Assembly (NCBI GenBank): GCA_009904015.1
Contig: WYEQ01000012.1
Span: 131,188 to 155,187 of the forward strand
Length of the DNA stretch: 24,000 nucleotides
Direction: 5' to 3'
Source: Desulfurococcales archaeon
Lineage (GTDB): Archaea; Thermoproteota; Thermoprotei_A; Sulfolobales; Fervidicoccaceae
In this document: piece by piece, positions 1 to 9,081 of the stretch
How the letters are laid out: every line of letters begins with the position of its first letter
Numbering within the stretch: the stretch's first letter is position 1
Made by a program: the position numbers and the translations under genes
The notes under the pieces: model-generated
What the model saw: the letters and a program-made list of their open reading frames with translations, nothing else
Database searches by the model: none
Told to the model about the DNA's origin: nothing

Positions 1-97
1 CAATCATTAACTTAGCGACTTTTTCTGCGCCAAGCCCCTTCACAGGGTTGGTATGTAGATGTGCATCGGCAAAGCTCAGATTAGTCTCTGTGCTCAT
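1..97 (-). CDS. 5' end of a CDS running off the window; metal-dependent hydrolase-like N-terminus (PHP/TatD-like)
   Basis: Minus-strand ATG at 97-95, 6 nt downstream of the nadE stop. It reads MSTETNLSFADAHLHTNPVKGLGAEKVAKLMI with no stop before the window edge. D-A-H-L-H resembles the first HxH metal motif of PHP/TatD/amidohydrolase folds. Only 32 codons are visible. Confidence 0.35.
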   Translation of the reverse strand, partial: MSTETNLSFADAHLHTNPVKGLGAEKVAKLMI

Positions 98-103
98 TGG
101 TTA

Positions 104-979
104 TCAGCCTACTTCTTTTTTCTCTATGCTTTTCAGCAGATTTTCTATGTTTTCCATTAACATAAAGCTGTATGCAGGAGGAGCAATAATTTTTGTCTTG
201 TGTTGATTCTTCATTACTCTTTCCCAAATCTTATTTACCATCTCTTTATCAACACCCAGCACGTCGGCTATTTCTTGCAGTGAGAGTTGCTTGTCTATCG
301 CTAAGTACAGTACCTTGTCTATTATCTCGAAGGGTGCACCAAGCTCTTCTTCGCTTTTATGGCCAGGCCAAAAGCCCGGGCTACTTGGCTTCGTTATTAT
401 CTTTTCAGGCAAACCAAGCTTTCTTGCAAGTATTCTCACTTGTGTTTTGTATAGATTCAGTAATGGATGTACGTCACCAGCTATGTCTCCCCACTTAGTA
501 AAGTATCCAAGCAGGTACTCTGTTCTGTCACTGGTGGCGGCGACCAGCAGATTCATGTAATTAGCGTAGTAGTATAAAATAGTCATTCTCACTCTAGCCT
601 TTATGTTTCCAAGCACGATTTTGTCTACGCTATCTCTACTTTGGCCTAGAACATGTAGGAAAGAATCAATGATAGGGGATATATCAATAACTAAGTACCT
701 TATATCGAAGCTCTCAGCGAGGCTCACCGCGTCTTTTATATCCTCCAACGGCGTGTCTTTATCAGGCAAAATCAAAGCTAGCACTCTGTCTTTACCGAGA
801 CTTTTCCTGAGCAGAACAGCTAGTGTGCTGGAATCCAATCCCCCGCTAAGACCAAAGGTGAAGCCATCCCTACCGGAATCTCTGAGCATTTTCTCTAAAA
901 ACAACTTGAGCTTCTCAATCATCACATCGCCTTTCTCATCAATTAGTCTCCAAGGTTCGTCAAGGGATGTTATGGACAA
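104..979 (-). CDS. nadE: NH3-dependent NAD+ synthetase (N-type ATP pyrophosphatase)
   Basis: 291-aa ORF with the PP-loop FGLSGGLDSS near the N-terminus. Length and downstream pattern (SDRTEYLLGYFTKWGD, KTQV..LA..LGLP) are typical of single-domain NadE. Confidence 0.88.
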   Translation of the reverse strand: MSITSLDEPWRLIDEKGDVMIEKLKLFLEKMLRDSGRDGFTFGLSGGLDSSTLAVLLRKSLGKDRVLALILPDKDTPLEDIKDAVSLAESFDIRYLVIDISPIIDSFLHVLGQSRDSVDKIVLGNIKARVRMTILYYYANYMNLLVAATSDRTEYLLGYFTKWGDIAGDVHPLLNLYKTQVRILARKLGLPEKIITKPSSPGFWPGHKSEEELGAPFEIIDKVLYLAIDKQLSLQEIADVLGVDKEMVNKIWERVMKNQHKTKIIAPPAYSFMLMENIENLLKSIEKKEVG

Positions 980-1042
980 AGATGTTTCCCCTTAAACTTG
1001 TTTAATCACAAGTATAAATATTAAAAATTTCTTAATGGGATA

Positions 1043-2302
1043 TCAGTGCTTGCCAAACAAACTGAATGGCAGGTTAGCGTATATCTCTGATGCTTTAACG
1101 ATATCGCTAAACAATATGTACTCATCAGGAGCGTGTGCAACCCCCGGCACCCCGGGGCCGTAGCTAACAGCTACTATTCCCTTAGCAGAGTAGTATCTTA
1201 GGTCTAGGCCCCCTACACAGACAACATCGACTGGCTCCTGAAGCCCAAGCGAGGTGGCCGTCTTTTTTATGCTACGCGAAACAACATTGTTGGGAGGAAC
1301 AAACGCGGGTTTAACTATCGAGACTATCTCGACGTCTACTTTTCCATCTAAGCCGTATAGGCGCGCAGCTTCATTTACCGCTTGTCTTAACTCATTCTCA
1401 ACGTCTTCTGGTTTTTCTTCAACTATAATTCTTCTGTCTATGGTGAAGTAGAACTCGCCTGGGACCTGATTGGATTTACCATTAGGGACTCCCGCCTCAC
1501 CACCTATCATGGCTGTCGGCGTATTCCCGTTCGGCTCATCATACATATACTTACTTTTCCTCGACGATAACGCTCTCACGTAGTTTTCTACTAGCCAATG
1601 CGCTATTTTTACTCCATAAACAAAGGCGTTTTCGCCTAGCCAAGGTGTGCTTGCATGAGCAGTTCTGCCACGTATCTTCACTTTAGCCCATAAGCCGCCC
1701 TTGTGGCCAATATAAATGTTCCTGAGGGTGCTGGGCTCAGTTATAATTGCGTAGGTGGGCAATTTATCACTTAGGCTATCAACAAAAAACCCTGTTCCAC
1801 ACGCGCCGCCAATCTCCTCGTCGGGGACGTAGACAGCATCTATAAATGCATCGATCTTTTCTTCATGCTTTGACAAAGACATTAATGCAAGGGTCATGCT
1901 TACTAGTCCCCCCTTCATATCTGTCGTTCCTCTTCCGTAGACCTTATCATCAATGACTACTGGCTTAAATGGCTCCGTTACTGTCCACCCAGGCCCGCCT
2001 GGAACAACATCGTAGTGTCCATTAAAATGTAGCCATTCACTTGATTTCTTATCTCCAACCAAGCCTCTGAATATATATCGTGGTGAATTACCTGCTTGGG
2101 GGCAATGTTTTTTCTTGTAGTCCTCAGGGACTGTTAAGACCTCGTAGCTGAGACCGGCATCAGAGTAGAACTCCTTCAGAATATCTATTATCTCCTTGTA
2201 CTTAGAGCCATCCGGAGACGTTGAATCAACAGATACCAAGTTTAACAATAGCTCCAAGCCCTTTTTCTCATCACTTTTACTTAAACGAATCATGGACATC
2301 AA
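1043..2302 (-). CDS. M20-family metallopeptidase/deacylase (ArgE/DapE/LysK-like)
   Basis: 419-aa ORF with M20 signatures HFNGHYDVVP, GRGTTDMKGG and PDEEIGG, plus a C-terminal ..HAPDEY.. motif. Substrate cannot be assigned from sequence alone. Confidence 0.85.
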   Translation of the reverse strand: MMSMIRLSKSDEKKGLELLLNLVSVDSTSPDGSKYKEIIDILKEFYSDAGLSYEVLTVPEDYKKKHCPQAGNSPRYIFRGLVGDKKSSEWLHFNGHYDVVPGGPGWTVTEPFKPVVIDDKVYGRGTTDMKGGLVSMTLALMSLSKHEEKIDAFIDAVYVPDEEIGGACGTGFFVDSLSDKLPTYAIITEPSTLRNIYIGHKGGLWAKVKIRGRTAHASTPWLGENAFVYGVKIAHWLVENYVRALSSRKSKYMYDEPNGNTPTAMIGGEAGVPNGKSNQVPGEFYFTIDRRIIVEEKPEDVENELRQAVNEAARLYGLDGKVDVEIVSIVKPAFVPPNNVVSRSIKKTATSLGLQEPVDVVCVGGLDLRYYSAKGIVAVSYGPGVPGVAHAPDEYILFSDIVKASEIYANLPFSLFGKH

Positions 2303-2576
2303 ACATCGCCCCAGTCACAACTAAGCATAGTTCCGAGGTTGCCGAAAGCCTATAAAAACTATTATGTCATACTGAGGATATTAAATCCACAAAATATATT
2401 TGTAGCATAGATTGATGTTATTTGACTTTCTCAAAAAGGAATGTTTACGGTAGTAGTGCTAACCTTCAATCCAGTTTAGTGTTCTGCTACGGATATATAT
2501 CTGAAAAAGCACGAAGAACGCGTAAAGCCCCTAAAGTAAGCTCTCACTTATTAGGGCGTTGAGGAGGTCAGCATCT

Positions 2577-3059
2577 TTAAGATGTGCTTTGTTTAGCAAA
2601 TAATTGCAAATATGCATCGATTTCGAGCTTGCTGGGCTTTTCTAGACCCGCGTGCTTATCTAGTAAGTGTTTTCTAAGCTCTTCCTCATTGCCCTCGAAT
2701 ATGTCCCCGCATTTACAATTAAAACTGAACAACCTCCTCGTGTTTCCATAGGCCCTTATCGCCAGCGGGACGTTCTTCAATATTAGTGGGCCTAGATAAA
2801 ATCTTAGATAGCCATCAGTGTCATCCAAGGAATAAGCCATATAGCCTCTGTAGACATCGTTGCTCTGAGCATTAATAAAGACGCCATGCAGAACCCCTAT
2901 ACCAACAGACTCATAGCTACTCGACGAAATCCACACCCAAATCCACAATCCATTGTTAAAAGAGCACTTGGAATAGGGATTACAATAGCTTTTATGAACA
3001 CTTATGAAAGGCCCACGCAACAATAGCTTAACAATGCTTTTCAAGCGAGAAGCCAACAC
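2577..3059 (-). CDS. hypothetical protein with a C-terminal CxC...HxxxxH Zn-finger-like motif
   Basis: 160-aa ORF standing alone between two long non-coding stretches. The C-terminal CKCGDIFEGNEEELRKHLLDKH approximates a C2H2 pattern. I recognise no family. The start is uncertain, and an internal Met (MAYSLDD...) is possible. Confidence 0.4.
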   Translation of the reverse strand: MLASRLKSIVKLLLRGPFISVHKSYCNPYSKCSFNNGLWIWVWISSSSYESVGIGVLHGVFINAQSNDVYRGYMAYSLDDTDGYLRFYLGPLILKNVPLAIRAYGNTRRLFSFNCKCGDIFEGNEEELRKHLLDKHAGLEKPSKLEIDAYLQLFAKQSTS

Positions 3060-3226
3060 GTAACACCTAAGTCACTAACCCAAAAATAAGTCCATAATCT
3101 CCTAAGTATAAAAACAAAAAGACAAGAAAAAAGCAATATAGCTTTGCTCATACCTACAAGCCAGAAAAAGCAAACAGCAACAAGGAGAAAACAGAAATAA
3201 GACTTTGATAACAAAAAACATAATTG

Positions 3227-3313
3227 GCGGGGGTGCCCGAGCTGGACAAAGGGGGCGGACTTAAGATCCGCTGGCGTAGGCCTGCGTGGGTTCAAATCCC
3301 ACCCCCCGCACCA
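3227..3313 (+). tRNA. tRNA-Leu (anticodon UAA), class II with long variable arm, CCA encoded
   Basis: Acceptor stem GCGGGGG (3227-3233) pairs with CCCCCGC (3303-3309). Anticodon stem GCGGA/TCCGC carries loop C-T-TAA-G-A, with the anticodon at 3262-3264. The variable arm is about 14 nt (GGC-GTAG-GCC). T arm is GTGGG-TTCAAAT-CCCAC. Discriminator A3310 is followed by CCA at 3311-3313. Confidence 0.9.
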
Positions 3314-3332
3314 AGTAGTGAAGCAACCATGA

Positions 3333-3337
3333 TTTTT
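3333..3337 (+). terminator. T5 tract downstream of tRNA-Leu (archaeal oligo-T terminator candidate)
   Basis: TTTTT lies 20 nt after the tRNA 3' end, inside the palindromic ATTTTTAAAAAT. Confidence 0.35.
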
Positions 3338-3450
3338 AAAAATAGGAGAGCTTCCAGCTAAGACATTTTAAAAACAAATCGTGTTTCAGTTGCTGAGTAG
3401 TAGAAATTAAAAATTCTGACAAATCGATTATTGTTTAAATAATAGATGGT

Positions 3451-4212
3451 TCAGCCAATTGCTCCTTTTACAAACTTCAATGTTAGTTCGTGTTTTGGAT
3501 TTGTGAATACTTCTACAGCGGGCCCATGCTCAATTAGTTCGCCTAAATAGAAAAATGCTACATAGTCGGCAAGCCTTATTGCTTGTTGTACATTGTGTGT
3601 GACTATTACGATTGTTCTATCTTCAGCTAATTTTTTTACTAAAGACTCTATGGTCATAGATGATATGGGATCGAGAGATGATGTTGGCTCATCCATAAGT
3701 ATTACTTCAGGGTTTACGGCTAGAGCTCTTGCTATGCATAATCTTTGTTGTTGACCTCCAGATAGCATTGTTCCAGGCCTGTGTAAGTCTCCTTTGACCT
3801 CGTCCCATAATCCAACGATTTCGAGGCTTCTCCTTACTATTTCGTCAAGAGTTTTCTTATCCTTTATGCCGTTCAGCTTGAGTCCTATGGCCACGTTATC
3901 GTATATCGACATCATTGGGAATGGATTTGGTTTTTGGAACACCATCCCGATTTTTTTCCTTATCAATGTAGGATTAACTTTTCTGTCGTAAATGTCAATT
4001 CCATCGAGTATTACCCTTCCTTTCACCCACGCTCCGGGAGTTAGTTCATGGAGTCTATTAAGAATTCTGAGAAACGTGCTTTTACCACTACCAGATGGCC
4101 CCATTATCGCTGTGATTTTTCTTTGAGGTATCTTTAAGTTAATGTTTCTAAGTACTATATTTGAGTTGTATCCGGCTGACACGTTCTCCACGATGATTTT
4201 GTAGTCACTCAT
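3451..4212 (-). CDS. pstB: phosphate ABC transporter ATP-binding protein
   Basis: 253 aa with Walker A GPSGSGKST, signature LSGGQQQRL and Walker B ILMDEPTSSLD. PstB-typical length and N-terminus. It overlaps pstA by 8 nt and is last in an S-C-A-B gene order. Confidence 0.95.
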   Translation of the reverse strand: MSDYKIIVENVSAGYNSNIVLRNINLKIPQRKITAIMGPSGSGKSTFLRILNRLHELTPGAWVKGRVILDGIDIYDRKVNPTLIRKKIGMVFQKPNPFPMMSIYDNVAIGLKLNGIKDKKTLDEIVRRSLEIVGLWDEVKGDLHRPGTMLSGGQQQRLCIARALAVNPEVILMDEPTSSLDPISSMTIESLVKKLAEDRTIVIVTHNVQQAIRLADYVAFFYLGELIEHGPAVEVFTNPKHELTLKFVKGAIG

Positions 4213-5056
4213 ATCTAACCTCCCTTCTTAACATCATTAGTCTAGGAATAATGTTAAGCAATAAAACAAGAACAAGTAGCACTAGAGCTGTTCCCCAAGC
4301 AAGCCTAACCCAGTTCTGGAACGGTGACATGGCAAATATGAATATATTGAGAGCCATATTTGATACAGGACGATCTAGCCCGCTAAACCACCATCTATAG
4401 AAACCCATAGTTACAAGTATCGGCGCTGATTCACCTATTATTCTACCTATGGATAATAATATACCTGTAACTATTCCTTGCCATGCACCCCTCAGTACAA
4501 TGAAAATCGTTGTTTTCCATTTAGGAATACCTAAGGAAAAAGCAGCTTCTCTTATAGTTGCTGGAACCATTTTTAATGATTCCTGGGTAACAATAGTCAC
4601 GATGGGAATCATGATTAAGGCCAGCGAAAAGGACGCTGCTAAAACGGAGAAGCCAATCCTTTTCGATATCAATACAAAGCTGAATAGACCAATAATTATT
4701 GATGGTATGCCATGGAACACTTCATTAATGAATCTTATAAAGCTCGTTATCTTTAGTTCTCTGTACTCGCTGAGGAAAATACCTGACAATATCCCGACTG
4801 GAATACCAATCAATGATGCAAGCGCGATCGAGATGACTGTACCTTGAATAGCATTAGCTATTCCTCCCCCTTCTTCACCTGCTGTGGGTATGGGTTTAGT
4901 GAAGAAATCAAGATTTAATGCTGGCAGACCTCTACTGACAGTCTCATAAATTATGCTGATTATTGGTACGAGGTAAATTATCATGGCGCATATTAGGATT
5001 ATGGTAAAAGCTTTATCAATCAATATCTTTTTCTTCAAGACCTTATTTAACTGCAT
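4205..5056 (-). CDS. pstA: phosphate ABC transporter permease PstA
   Basis: 283-aa polytopic membrane protein with an EAA-like loop (REAAFSLGIPKWKT). Position between pstC and pstB. Overlaps pstC by 1 nt. Confidence 0.9.
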   Translation of the reverse strand: MQLNKVLKKKILIDKAFTIILICAMIIYLVPIISIIYETVSRGLPALNLDFFTKPIPTAGEEGGGIANAIQGTVISIALASLIGIPVGILSGIFLSEYRELKITSFIRFINEVFHGIPSIIIGLFSFVLISKRIGFSVLAASFSLALIMIPIVTIVTQESLKMVPATIREAAFSLGIPKWKTTIFIVLRGAWQGIVTGILLSIGRIIGESAPILVTMGFYRWWFSGLDRPVSNMALNIFIFAMSPFQNWVRLAWGTALVLLVLVLLLNIIPRLMMLRREVRYE

Positions 5057-5964
5057 TAAATCTCACCACGAACCTTGGAAAATCTCCAGATGATTATCCT
5101 GGCAATAATAATCACTGCCAGAGTAACGGCTAGAAGCAACAGTCCTATATATACTAAGGAACTTATGTACAAATCATATGTGGCCTCCAAGAACTCGTTC
5201 GCTATTATAGCTGATAGCGTGTACCAAGTATCAAAAAGCGATGATGGGAAAAGCTTAAATTTGTTCCCAATAACCATGCTTATAGCCATGGTTTCTCCTA
5301 TAGCTCTGCCCAAGCCGAGAAGTGAGGCTGCAAATAAACCCGGTTTTATGTACTTAATCATTATTAACGCTAGTTCTTTCTTTTTTGGTCCAAGGGAAAC
5401 TGCAGCTTCTTTTATTGAGGTTGGGACAGCTAGCAACAGGTCTTTCGTTACTGCTGTTATTATTGGCGTAATCATCAGTGCTAATACCATGCTTCCTGTA
5501 AGAAACCCTATCCCATAGTTTGGTCCTGAAAATAAGGGTATAAATCCGAACATGGATTGCAGTACTGAATAAACATTTTCTCTTAAAAATGGGGCGAGCA
5601 CGTATAGTCCCCAGAGTCCATAAATAACGCTAGGCACTCCGGCCATTGTTTCTATTAAAACCGCTAGGCCTCTGCTGATTTTTCTCGGTAGATACAATAC
5701 TAGTACCAACGCAACCCCGATGCTAATAGGTAAAGAAAATAACAGTGAAAGCAGAGAAACAACTATTGTTCCAATAATTAAGGGTAAAGCTCCGAAAACA
5801 CCGTTTACCGGGTCCCATACAGTGTTTTTGATAAAAGATAACCCAAATTTGCTGATAGCCAGATAAGAGCCTTTATAAAGCTCATATATAAGCATAAGGA
5901 AAGATATAACTATGAAAAATGCGAAAAAAGCCGTTGTATACTTAAATATTTTATCGCCAAACAT
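5056..5964 (-). CDS. pstC: phosphate ABC transporter permease PstC
   Basis: 302-aa polytopic membrane protein with an EAA-like loop (KEAAVSLGPKKKE). It lies directly downstream of pstS. Confidence 0.9.
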   Translation of the reverse strand: MFGDKIFKYTTAFFAFFIVISFLMLIYELYKGSYLAISKFGLSFIKNTVWDPVNGVFGALPLIIGTIVVSLLSLLFSLPISIGVALVLVLYLPRKISRGLAVLIETMAGVPSVIYGLWGLYVLAPFLRENVYSVLQSMFGFIPLFSGPNYGIGFLTGSMVLALMITPIITAVTKDLLLAVPTSIKEAAVSLGPKKKELALIMIKYIKPGLFAASLLGLGRAIGETMAISMVIGNKFKLFPSSLFDTWYTLSAIIANEFLEATYDLYISSLVYIGLLLLAVTLAVIIIARIIIWRFSKVRGEI

Positions 5965-5991
5965 TACCCTTAAATCACCGTTTTTGGCGTG

Positions 5992-7200
5992 TCATTTCTT
6001 TATGAGCGGTTCGCCACCATAAGTTACCATGAGCAGTGTTTCCTCGTTAAGTTTAACAACGCTTTCAGGCAGAGGCACGTAGAATAATGGCTCAGCGTAC
6101 TTCTGCCCATCATGTGTAGCCCACCACAGGAAATTCACCAAGGCTTGTGCTGTCGCCTTATCCATGCCTGGCACAACGCTTAGGTCTTTATATATGAATA
6201 TGTATGAGAAACTAGTTATTGGATAGGCTCCTTTGGCATCCTTGTTAGTAGCTACCATATCAACGATGGATACATTCGCCCAGCTTTCATTTCCTTTGGG
6301 TAATTTAAGTGCGGCGTACTCAACTGCTTTCTGGAAGCTCTGAGTGCTTGGCTCAACAACTTCACCTGCAGCATTCACGATATATGCATATTTAATGTTG
6401 TTCTTCTTCGCGTATGTGTACTCGACATACCCAATAGAGTATGGAGTCTGCATTACCATGGCGCTTACTCCCTCATTCCCCTTAGCACCAACTCCGGCAG
6501 GCCAATTAACGCTTGTGCCCATACCCACCGTAGAGCGCCATTTATCGCTTACTCTAGATAAATAGTTCGTGAACACATAGGTTGTTCCGCTACCGTCAGA
6601 CCTATGCACCACAACTATGTCTTTATCGGGGAGCGCTATGCCTGGGTTAAGTGAGGCTATCAATGGGTCGTTCCACTTGTTTATCTCACCTAGATATATC
6701 TTAGATATCACTTCTCCTGATAATATCAATGATTGGTTCAGGCCTGGTAGATTATAGATTATTACTACTCCACCTATAGTCATGGGCAGCGTCAGTGTTC
6801 CCTGTGCCTTTGCCCATTGTTCATCGTTAAGGGGAGCATCGCTAGCAGCGAAATGAACGGTTTTATCCAGGTGAGCCCTTATTCCCCCACCGCTACCGAT
6901 GGATTGGTAGTTTATAAATATATTTGGATACAGTTTGTTGTACTCTGCACACCACTTGTCATAGAGAGGGAAAGGAAAAGTTGCCCCAGCCCCATTAAGT
7001 GTGATTTTACTCATGGTTGGTGTTGTAGTGATCGTTGTAGTTGTGGGAGTGGTTGCCGTTGTTGTGGTTGTGGTTGCAGTGGTCGTCGTTAATGTTGTAT
7101 AGGTTGTTGTTTCTTTTTTCTGTGGGGGGTTCACAAAGACAAATGCTATGCCTGCAATTACGATTAATAGGATTGCAACAATGTAGACGAACTTATTCAT
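5992..7200 (-). CDS. pstS: phosphate-binding protein PstS, membrane-anchored with a Thr-rich linker
   Basis: 402 aa. After an N-terminal hydrophobic anchor and linker, the mature domain begins ITLNGAGATFPFPLY..W, followed by YQSIGSGGG and SDGSGTT, all PstS-type phosphate-site motifs. Confidence 0.9.
   Translation of the reverse strand: MNKFVYIVAILLIVIAGIAFVFVNPPQKKETTTYTTLTTTTATTTTTTATTPTTTTITTTPTMSKITLNGAGATFPFPLYDKWCAEYNKLYPNIFINYQSIGSGGGIRAHLDKTVHFAASDAPLNDEQWAKAQGTLTLPMTIGGVVIIYNLPGLNQSLILSGEVISKIYLGEINKWNDPLIASLNPGIALPDKDIVVVHRSDGSGTTYVFTNYLSRVSDKWRSTVGMGTSVNWPAGVGAKGNEGVSAMVMQTPYSIGYVEYTYAKKNNIKYAYIVNAAGEVVEPSTQSFQKAVEYAALKLPKGNESWANVSIVDMVATNKDAKGAYPITSFSYIFIYKDLSVVPGMDKATAQALVNFLWWATHDGQKYAEPLFYVPLPESVVKLNEETLLMVTYGGEPLIKK
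7015..7110 (-). repeat. low-complexity ACN-codon run encoding the PstS Thr-rich linker (residues 31-62)
   Basis: It translates to TTTYTTLTTTTATTTTTTATTPTTTTITTTPT. On the plus strand it appears as a GGT/TGT/AGT-rich tract. Confidence 0.9.
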
Positions 7201-7231
7201 TTTTCACCACTATCCCCATATAGTTCAGTAA

Positions 7232-7264
7232 AAATTTATAAATCTCGCCAACGAAATTTATATA
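7232..7264. promoter_or_regulatory. divergent pstS / phoU-like promoter region with two TATA-like boxes
   Basis: The palindromic ATTTATAAAT (7234-7243) sits 34-43 nt upstream of the pstS ATG (7200, minus strand). TTTATATA (7257-7264) sits 30-37 nt upstream of the ATG at 7294. Both boxes lie within a repeated 9-mer AAATTTATA, 22 bp apart. Confidence 0.4.
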
Positions 7265-7293
7265 GGAATAAAAAATCTACATAGGTAATTTTT

Positions 7294-8322
7294 ATGAGAG
7301 AAAAGAATATAAGAAATGTACTGATTGTTGGCGGATCTACACTCGTTGTCTCGTTGCCGAAGAAATGGGCTGAAGAAATAGGCATCAGGCCGGGCAGCCA
7401 AGTAGTCCTAGAAAGAGAGAAAGATAAAATAGCGGTTATTCCTCTGGAGAAATATAAAAAGCCAATGAAAGAGAAAAAGGCCATTATAAGAATAAACGGA
7501 AAGAACACAAACAGTGTAAGCAGGCTCATCATATCCTCGTATATTAATGGTTACAAGGAAATATCCTTAGTCGATAACAACGGGATAACCATAGAGCTAA
7601 GAAACTCAATAAAGGAACTATTAAAAAGAAAAATTGTTGGAAGCGAAATCATACTGGATTCCCCCACAGAAGTTAAAATCAAAGTACTTGTTAATCAAGA
7701 GGAACTACCGCTCATAAATGCCTTTAGGAGAATGTACTTTTTAACAAAAAACATGATTGAGGATGCCGGCCATGCTTTGCTCAACTGGGATATAGAAAAA
7801 GCCATGAATGTTTTACAACTAGATGATGAGGTCGATAGGTTCGGCTTCTATATAGTACGCTTATTAAACACGTATGTAGAAAACCCCAATGCCTCAAGCG
7901 AAATTGGTATCATTGACTTGAAGGAAGCATTGGGTTATAGAGTCGTAGTTAAGTTTCTAGAGAGAATAGCTGACCATGCATCCAACATTTCAAAATTCAT
8001 ACTGGAATCAGAAAAGAGAATAGACGAACTAACATTAAATAGACTACACGAAATGTATAAAGTTGCTAGTGAAATGTTTGAATACGCCTTAACGTCCTTC
8101 ATGAAGAAGGACTACGAACTAGCGGAAAAAACAATATCGAAAGCCAAGACCTTATTAGTTAATGAAAAAGAACTAGAGCAAGCTATGGTAAAAGCACCGG
8201 TAGGCTCACACCCCTATGTAAGGATTATCTATGAAAGCATAAAACGCATTATAGATTACTCGAGCGATATTGCCGAGATAACAATTGACCTGAACATAGA
8301 AAAAGTACTAGATAAACTCTAA
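7294..8322 (+). CDS. phosphate-uptake regulator: N-terminal AbrB/SpoVT DNA-binding domain fused to PhoU repeats
   Basis: 342 aa. The N-terminus VGGSTLVVSLPKKWAEEIGIRPGSQV is a SpoVT/AbrB swapped-hairpin motif. The remainder is helical with PhoU-like elements (DDEVDRF, ERIADHASNI, ERIIDYSSDIAE). It is divergent from pstSCAB. Confidence 0.85.
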   Translation: MREKNIRNVLIVGGSTLVVSLPKKWAEEIGIRPGSQVVLEREKDKIAVIPLEKYKKPMKEKKAIIRINGKNTNSVSRLIISSYINGYKEISLVDNNGITIELRNSIKELLKRKIVGSEIILDSPTEVKIKVLVNQEELPLINAFRRMYFLTKNMIEDAGHALLNWDIEKAMNVLQLDDEVDRFGFYIVRLLNTYVENPNASSEIGIIDLKEALGYRVVVKFLERIADHASNISKFILESEKRIDELTLNRLHEMYKVASEMFEYALTSFMKKDYELAEKTISKAKTLLVNEKELEQAMVKAPVGSHPYVRIIYESIKRIIDYSSDIAEITIDLNIEKVLDKL

Positions 8323-8336
8323 AACCACTGTGTTCT

Positions 8337-9050
8337 TCACAGAGTTTCAAGCAGCGTCTCTACTGGGATTTTTAGGTCTAAGTTTCTCTCTATAATTTCT
8401 CTAAGTTTCTCTCTATTTCCCTTAAAGACAAATAAGCCGTTTACATTAGCGTGTAGCCTGCTAGCTAGGTTTATTAATGATAAGCATTCCTCAGCCTCGC
8501 ATTCATATAGCGAGATAAGCACTTTGTCTTTTCTCTGTATGCATTTTCGTGAGAGCGCGTACGCCTTTATTTCCTTGGTCGAGGAAGCGTAAACCTCGTA
8601 TATGTAATTTTTGCTGAATATTCTCGGTGACGCTACACATAGCTTTGCTCTGAAGTTTAGTGCCAACACGGTGCTTATAGCTACCGAGAATGGGTCGTCT
8701 TTAGTTATTATTACCATGGCGTCATTAGCCCATTTTTCATTAGCAAGCTTAAGATACGCGAGTAGAAGTACCCCTGGATTGGTAACATCTATTTCTAGCT
8801 CCTCGGATTCTTTTAGCTTATCTAAGATTTTCTGTACGAGCTTTTTTTCTTTGACCTTCTCTATTATTTTAAGGGCCGTTTCCTTCTCCGGCACGGCTCG
8901 GAAGGAGAGGTATCTCCATAGAACTTGTGATGATATCTCAAGTAGCGACTCTAGCTCCTTGAAGGAATAAAAGTACTTGAGAGCCTTTAGTATATTCAGC
9001 ATGAGAAGTCTTATGTTTTCTTCCTCAGAGAAATCTAGTGTTTCTCCCAA
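8337..9050 (-). CDS. putative regulator: N-terminal winged-HTH-like region plus a degenerate type-I phosphoribosyltransferase-like domain
   Basis: 237-aa ORF with a TTG start at 9050. The N-terminus (FKELESLLEISSQVLWRYLS) is HTH-like. The C-terminal half follows the PRTase strand pattern (DAMVIITKDDPFSVAISTVLA..., then KDKVLISLYECEAEECLSL...V.GLFVF). The PRPP loop VLIVDDxxxTGxT is replaced by VLISLYECEAEEC. Confidence 0.55.
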   Translation of the reverse strand: MGETLDFSEEENIRLLMLNILKALKYFYSFKELESLLEISSQVLWRYLSFRAVPEKETALKIIEKVKEKKLVQKILDKLKESEELEIDVTNPGVLLLAYLKLANEKWANDAMVIITKDDPFSVAISTVLALNFRAKLCVASPRIFSKNYIYEVYASSTKEIKAYALSRKCIQRKDKVLISLYECEAEECLSLINLASRLHANVNGLFVFKGNREKLREIIERNLDLKIPVETLLETL

Positions 9051-9081
9051 CTCTAAACCCTTGCCTAGAACATCACTAGTG

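Noticed and set aside
2303-2576. 274-bp intergenic region with a weak C-box-like TGATGT (2413), a CTGA (2501), a 7-bp stem (2450-2456 / 2484-2490) and a bulged hairpin (about 2529-2556)
   Set aside because: The box spacing (about 90 nt) is wrong for archaeal C/D sRNAs. The stems are short or imperfect and are more simply explained as promoter and terminator elements of the flanking minus-strand genes. Not callable without RNA data.
3041-3295. 84-aa minus-strand ORF
   Set aside because: It overlaps the tRNA-Leu gene and the A-rich tRNA upstream region. The translation is low-complexity and hydrophobic, so it is spurious.
4449-5518. Plus-strand ORFs of 132 and 147 aa inside pstA/pstC, and similar antisense ORFs in nadE, pstS, both radical SAMs, guaB and guaA
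   Set aside because: All are antisense shadows of genes with clear family motifs. None has a recognisable motif or promoter.
7015-7110. Repetitive GGT/TGT tract (also at 23175-23294) considered as a tandem-repeat or CRISPR-like element
   Set aside because: It is in frame within pstS and the family-5 binding protein and encodes Thr-rich linkers. There is no repeat-spacer periodicity.
7236-7532. 98-aa minus-strand ORF across the pst/phoU-like intergenic region
   Set aside because: It overlaps the promoter region and the well-supported AbrB-domain N-terminus on the other strand. The peptide is hydrophobic and low-complexity.
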